Below are positions 59,537 to 64,000 of a stretch of DNA of 64,000 bases, piece after piece. The stretch comes from Candidatus Marinacidobacterales bacterium (lineage in GTDB: Bacteria > Acidobacteriota > Vicinamibacteria > Marinacidobacterales > DATDRI01): NCBI GenBank assembly GCA_965219415.1, contig CBDCNP010000002.1:64001-128000 (forward strand), given 5' to 3'. The translations under genes and the position numbers were made by a program. The notes under the pieces are model-generated. The model was given only the letters and a program-made list of their open reading frames with translations, did not search any database and was not told where the DNA came from. Position 1 is the first letter of the stretch; every line of letters starts with the position of its first letter.

Positions 59537-61445
59537 ATGCCAAACCGTGAATCTGCGACCCTTCGTTTTGGGCCGTTCGAGATGGATCTTCGAAGTGAAG
59601 AGCTCCGCAAGAACGGAGCTCTCCTTAAACTCCCTCCCCAGCCGTTCAAGGTCCTCGCCGTGCTGGCTCAGAACCAGGGGCAGCTCGTCACTCGGGAGGA
59701 GCTGCAGCGACGGCTCTGGGGGAACGAAACGCATGTGGGACTACGATGTCGGCCTGAACTCCTGCATCAAGCAGATCCGCTCCGCCCTCAACGACACCTC
59801 GAACGCTTCCCGATACATCGAGACCCTCCCAAAACGAGGCTATCGGTTCATCGCACCCGTGGAGTCGAAGTTCTCGGAAGCCGTGGTCGGAGGAACGAGC
59901 TCCGGCGGCCTCCGGCGCGTCTCGCCTGCTGCGGGGGCGCGGTCCATGACCTGCCTCGTGTGCTCCTGTCCATAGTGCTCATCGGCATCGTGGTTCCGCT
60001 AGTCGGGCTCGGCTATCTCGCTCTGGAAAGCTCGCGGTCCCTATCGACGTGGACCGGGACGAACGAAAGCCGAATCATGCTAGCCGTCTTGCCCCTCGAC
60101 AACCTGAGCGGCGACCCGGACAAAGATTACCTCGCGGAGGGTGTCACCCAGAAGATGATCACGCACCTTAGCAGCATTCGACCATCCCAGTTGGGCGTGA
60201 TCGCAAGAACTTCGACGATCCAATACCGCGACACCGCAAAAACCGTGGAGGTCATTGGCGCCGAGCTCCATGTTGGATTCGTCTTGGAAGGTAGCGTGCG
60301 CGTCGACGACAACCGTATTCGCATCAACGGGCAACTCGTTCGGGTAAGCTGACCAAACAACCGTTTGGAGTGGAAGCTACGAACGCCAGCTCGAAGACAG
60401 CATCGCGCTCCAACGGGATGTCGCGCAGCGGATCACTCGGGCTCTCTCCGTCGAGCTCTTTAGCCCTGCTCGCGTAGCACAAGGCGCAACCGCGCTCACC
60501 ACGAGCGAGGCCTACGACACCCTACCTTAAAGGGTCGCTATCTCCTGAATCGCGGCGGCAAGGAAAACCTCGAGAAAAGCGTGCAGTACTTTCAAGCCGC
60601 CATCAAGGCCGACCCCTTTTTCGCCTCTGCGCAGCTTGGAGTAGCCCAAGGCTACCTCCTTCTGGCACAGAGTCCCACCGAGCCCGCCGCGAACCTCTAC
60701 GAGATGGCGAGGGACGCGGCGCGGAAGTCCATCCACCTCCAGCCGACTTTGGCCGAGGCCCATTTCGTGGATGCGCTGACGACTTGGTATTTGGATTGGG
60801 ACTGGGAGCGCGCAGGAGCCGCGTTCGAGCGAGCCTTGCCAGTTCCACCCGGGCCTGGCCAAGGCTCACCACTGGTACGCGTATTATTTGTCGAGTCTCG
60901 GACAACATGGACGCGCCATCGCCGAAGTCCGGATCGCCCGACAATTAGATCCACTTTCGCCTCTTGTGAACTCGGACGTGGGTTGGTTCTATTACTTCGC
61001 CGGAAACTACGACCAAGCCATCGAGGAATGCATTCGAACTTTAGAGCTCGAACCTGGATTCCTTCTCGCGCACACCTGCCTCGTGGAAGCCTATGATCGC
61101 AACGGAATGCACGAGGAAGCGTATGCGGAAGCACAAGAGGCCCTTGCCGCCGCCGGGGCCACCGATGACGAGCTCGCGACGATTCGTAGCCTGGAACTGA
61201 TCGAAGGACGAGGGAGAACGCTCCGGTGGTGGTTGATTCATGGCGACGACCTCGGACCTTACAAGCTCGCCTTGATCCACTTGAGACTGGGCGAGCAAGA
61301 GCAGGCCCTCGACTTCCTGGAGAAGAGCTTCACCGACCGGGACCTTTGGCTGCCTGTTCTCAGGGAGGATCCGAGGTTCGATTCCCTCCGATCGGAACCA
61401 CGTTTCGAAGCCCTTTATCGCCGATTGAACTTCCCCGGCATCTAG
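59537..61445 (+). pseudogene. winged-helix (CadC/OmpR-type)-TM-TolB_N-TPR regulator with about 5 frameshifts
   Basis: FGPFEMD…VTREEL, YIETLPKRGYRF, LAVLPLDNLSGD…EGSVR, TPRs and DPRFDSLRSEPRF spread over several frames. Confidence 0.85.
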
Positions 61446-61564
61446 CGTGCCTCAATGCGCCCTGCCAATGTGAATTGACCGAACGGAATACCACCTGTAT
61501 CCTGTTTTCTAACATCCTCTTGAAAACTTAAGGACCGTCGGCAACTATGTCGAGGGAGGGAATC

Positions 61565-62164
61565 ATGGGGAAGCTCCGTTTGGTAATCCTTTTTGGTTGG
61601 GCCGCACTCACGAGTGGGTGCATGATCTCGGAGCAGGTCGGAGAATTGCCCCAGGAGCTGGCCTTTCACTTCGATACCGATTTCAATCGGGCCCTCGTAT
61701 TCGGCCGACCGATCGCCCTGGTCCTACTCGTCATGTGGGTCTTCGCCAAGTTCAAGAAGCCGAACTCCATTCTGCTGAGTGCGCCGCTCTTGGTCTTGGC
61801 GGGATGGACTCTGGCGCAAGATTTTCCATCGCTCGTGGACTACCGTGTCGAAGTGATGGACGAGGCACTCTATCTGAAGATCCCTCCCGAACCGGAAAAG
61901 GTGATCCCATGGAGCACGGTGGAGGGGATGGAGATAGAAGGTGTCGGATGGGCCGGTGCGGGCGGAGGTCAGGAGACCACCATGACGCCCTTTGGCCCTC
62001 GGAAGAGGGAATATGCGTGGTCCGAGCTTCCGGAGTGGCAAACGATGAAGCTGACTGCGGACGGAGAAACACACCTGGTCATTCTCGAGAAGCTCAGCGT
62101 CGAGCAACGTCAAACGCTCTGGCGGACGATCGCCAAGCGAGCCCGCTTGGTGAAAATAGACTAG
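61565..62164 (+). CDS. hypothetical membrane lipoprotein (PH-like C-terminus)
   Basis: GGAGG RBS; TSGC lipobox; two TM helices; IPWSTV. Confidence 0.6.
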   Translation: MGKLRLVILFGWAALTSGCMISEQVGELPQELAFHFDTDFNRALVFGRPIALVLLVMWVFAKFKKPNSILLSAPLLVLAGWTLAQDFPSLVDYRVEVMDEALYLKIPPEPEKVIPWSTVEGMEIEGVGWAGAGGGQETTMTPFGPRKREYAWSELPEWQTMKLTADGETHLVILEKLSVEQRQTLWRTIAKRARLVKID

Positions 62165-62222
62165 CCTCGGATTCTTGACTTCCCGCCCTGCTGAAGAAGA
62201 GCCGGACTAGCGCCCCCAACGG

Positions 62223-64000
62223 TTAACGGGCCCCGATGGGACTTCCCGGCGGTAGCTCGGGTGGCCCTGTCGGCACGTCGGTACCCTGCGGGCGATTTTG
62301 CCAACGGCGAATGTCCTCAGCCGCTAGTTTCTGGTGAGGGGTCGGCGTCCCCACCGACTCGAGCCAGTCGGCAAGCCCTCGTAACTGCGCAGTTAGGATC
62401 GCGCGCGCTTGCGAGATGTTCTGGCTGTTCGACGCCTGCCGAAGAAACTGATCCAGGACCGCGCGCTGCATCGTTTTTTGTACTTCCGCCAGGTAGGCGG
62501 TTCCGCTGGTTGGCGCTTTCCAAGTTCGCTCCAAGAGAGACTCCGTCACATCCTCCAGGCCCGGGTAGTCGCTGCTGCGGCTGTGATACTCAACCAGGCG
62601 AGCCATACGCTCGGGGTTGAGAAGAAGTTTCACCGTGAAGCCGGACGCCGACGCGGCGGCTGCGAGGGGATCGAAAGTGAGACCCGTCCCGCGCTCGAAT
62701 TTTTCACTCTCCGGCTCTCGAAAGGCGCGCGGCGGAATCATTCTTAATACCCTCTCGGGGATGGCCAAGAACACGGGGTCCAACGTCGACAGAACAACAT
62801 CGAGAGCTTCACGCTGAGCTTGTCCGGGCACCATCGTGATTGCCATCTGCCCGTCTCCTCGCAGCGCATAGTTATAGTCGGCTCCGCCGATACTGTGCAT
62901 CACCGCCTCCAATTGGTACCGATGGTGTAGGTAAAGCGGGACCAGCACCTTCTCCAGGGAGGACATGGGATCATCGAGGCGAATCGCTTCCGGTCCAAAC
63001 GCCTCCAGGCCGATGCGCCGGACCTGGATTTCGTGCCGCAGCATCTCGATCGGATCGGCTCCGTTGTCCCACAGGGATGCCAACGAATGGGCGGCACCCG
63101 CCGGTCTCGCGTCCCGATCGGTAATAAAGCGAATCTTCCGATCCAAACCGTCCTTTACGATCGCCTCGAGCGCCGTCTGCTCGTCCGTCCCCGGCGCGAA
63201 ATCGCTGTAGAGCCACTTGACGGCGAACTTGTCGTACTCTCCGACACCGACCCCGTAAGCGTTCGAAAGATCCAGCCGTCCATCCGGCGTGATTTCCACG
63301 AGGGGCGCCGGGTAATCCATGACGCTGGCTCGACCCGCGTAGGTACTTGCGATGTAGTTGTGTGCTAGACCCAGTGTATGTCCAACCTCGTGCGCCGATA
63401 GCTGACGAACGCGAGCCAAGGCCATCTCCACGGGGTCGTTCTGTGAGCCGACTTGCACCAGGTATTCAAAGGTGGGACCGCCTCCGAGGCCGCAACCGCC
63501 GAGTCCAGAACCGCTGGTCGGGCTCAAGCCCTTTCCGAGCAGGTAGTCCTGCCGCAAGCGGAGACTTCCCAAGTTCACGTTGCCCTTTAAAATCTCTCCG
63601 GTCCGAGGATCGACGACCGAGCCACCGTACGACCACCCACGCGTGGACCGGTGGGTCCAATGAATCATGTTGTAGCGCAGATCCATGGGATCCGCATCCG
63701 CCGGAAGGAGCTCCACACGAAACGCGTCCACGAAACCCGCCTCGTCGAAGGCAGCGTCCCACCAATAGGCGCCCCTTAAGAGCGCGCTGCGAATCGGCTC
63801 CGGCGCTCCCCGATCAAGGTAATAGACCAGGGGCTCGATGGCTTCCGATATCGCCGCGGTGGGGTCTTTCTTCTGCAGCCGATGCCGAGCCACCCACATA
63901 ACATCGAGTTTCTCGTCGATGGGCGTCGCGTAGTCCTTGAAGGAAACACCGAACGCCCCCACGCGTGGGTCCGCCCGGCGCGGCTCGTAACCTCCCCGAG
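62223..64000 (-). CDS. zinc-dependent metalloprotease, EcxA/DUF4953-DUF5117 type (5'-partial)
   Basis: DPRVG, DPRTGEIL, HEVGHTLGLAHN and SVMDY Met-turn. Confidence 0.9.
   Translation of the reverse strand, partial: RGGYEPRRADPRVGAFGVSFKDYATPIDEKLDVMWVARHRLQKKDPTAAISEAIEPLVYYLDRGAPEPIRSALLRGAYWWDAAFDEAGFVDAFRVELLPADADPMDLRYNMIHWTHRSTRGWSYGGSVVDPRTGEILKGNVNLGSLRLRQDYLLGKGLSPTSGSGLGGCGLGGGPTFEYLVQVGSQNDPVEMALARVRQLSAHEVGHTLGLAHNYIASTYAGRASVMDYPAPLVEITPDGRLDLSNAYGVGVGEYDKFAVKWLYSDFAPGTDEQTALEAIVKDGLDRKIRFITDRDARPAGAAHSLASLWDNGADPIEMLRHEIQVRRIGLEAFGPEAIRLDDPMSSLEKVLVPLYLHHRYQLEAVMHSIGGADYNYALRGDGQMAITMVPGQAQREALDVVLSTLDPVFLAIPERVLRMIPPRAFREPESEKFERGTGLTFDPLAAAASASGFTVKLLLNPERMARLVEYHSRSSDYPGLEDVTESLLERTWKAPTSGTAYLAEVQKTMQRAVLDQFLRQASNSQNISQARAILTAQLRGLADWLESVGTPTPHQKLAAEDIRRWQNRPQGTDVPTGPPELPPGSPIGAR

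Overview
GC-rich bacterial chromosomal segment; the gene repertoire (wHTH-TolB-TPR regulator, DUF4388, DUF2911, EcxA-like Zn protease, PilT) suggests an Acidobacteriota-like organism, which is inference only. About 55 genes or gene fragments, mostly metabolic, envelope and secreted enzymes. No rRNA, tRNA or CRISPR array was seen. Main points: (1) a Sec-signal Rhs/YD polymorphic toxin with an unassigned C-terminal domain and no adjacent immunity gene; (2) a hidden selenoprotein candidate, a protein-disulfide oxidoreductase with CxxC plus an in-frame UGA in a UxxC motif, directly downstream of pncA; (3) two inverted IS256 copies whose split 8-bp target duplication shows that a PQQ-sugar-dehydrogenase gene was interrupted and a 3-kb segment inverted; (4) an ISL3 with 8-bp TSD inside a pilT gene; (5) an AlgI/AlgJ-type O-acyltransferase operon whose two exported partners share an unnamed C-terminal module; (6) a small secreted protein paired with a metzincin carrying (DSS)n repeats; (7) about 16 disrupted genes (frameshifts, nonsense codons, micro-duplications, deletion junctions), meaning either genome decay or sequence error. 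All family assignments come from motif recognition by eye; no searches were run.
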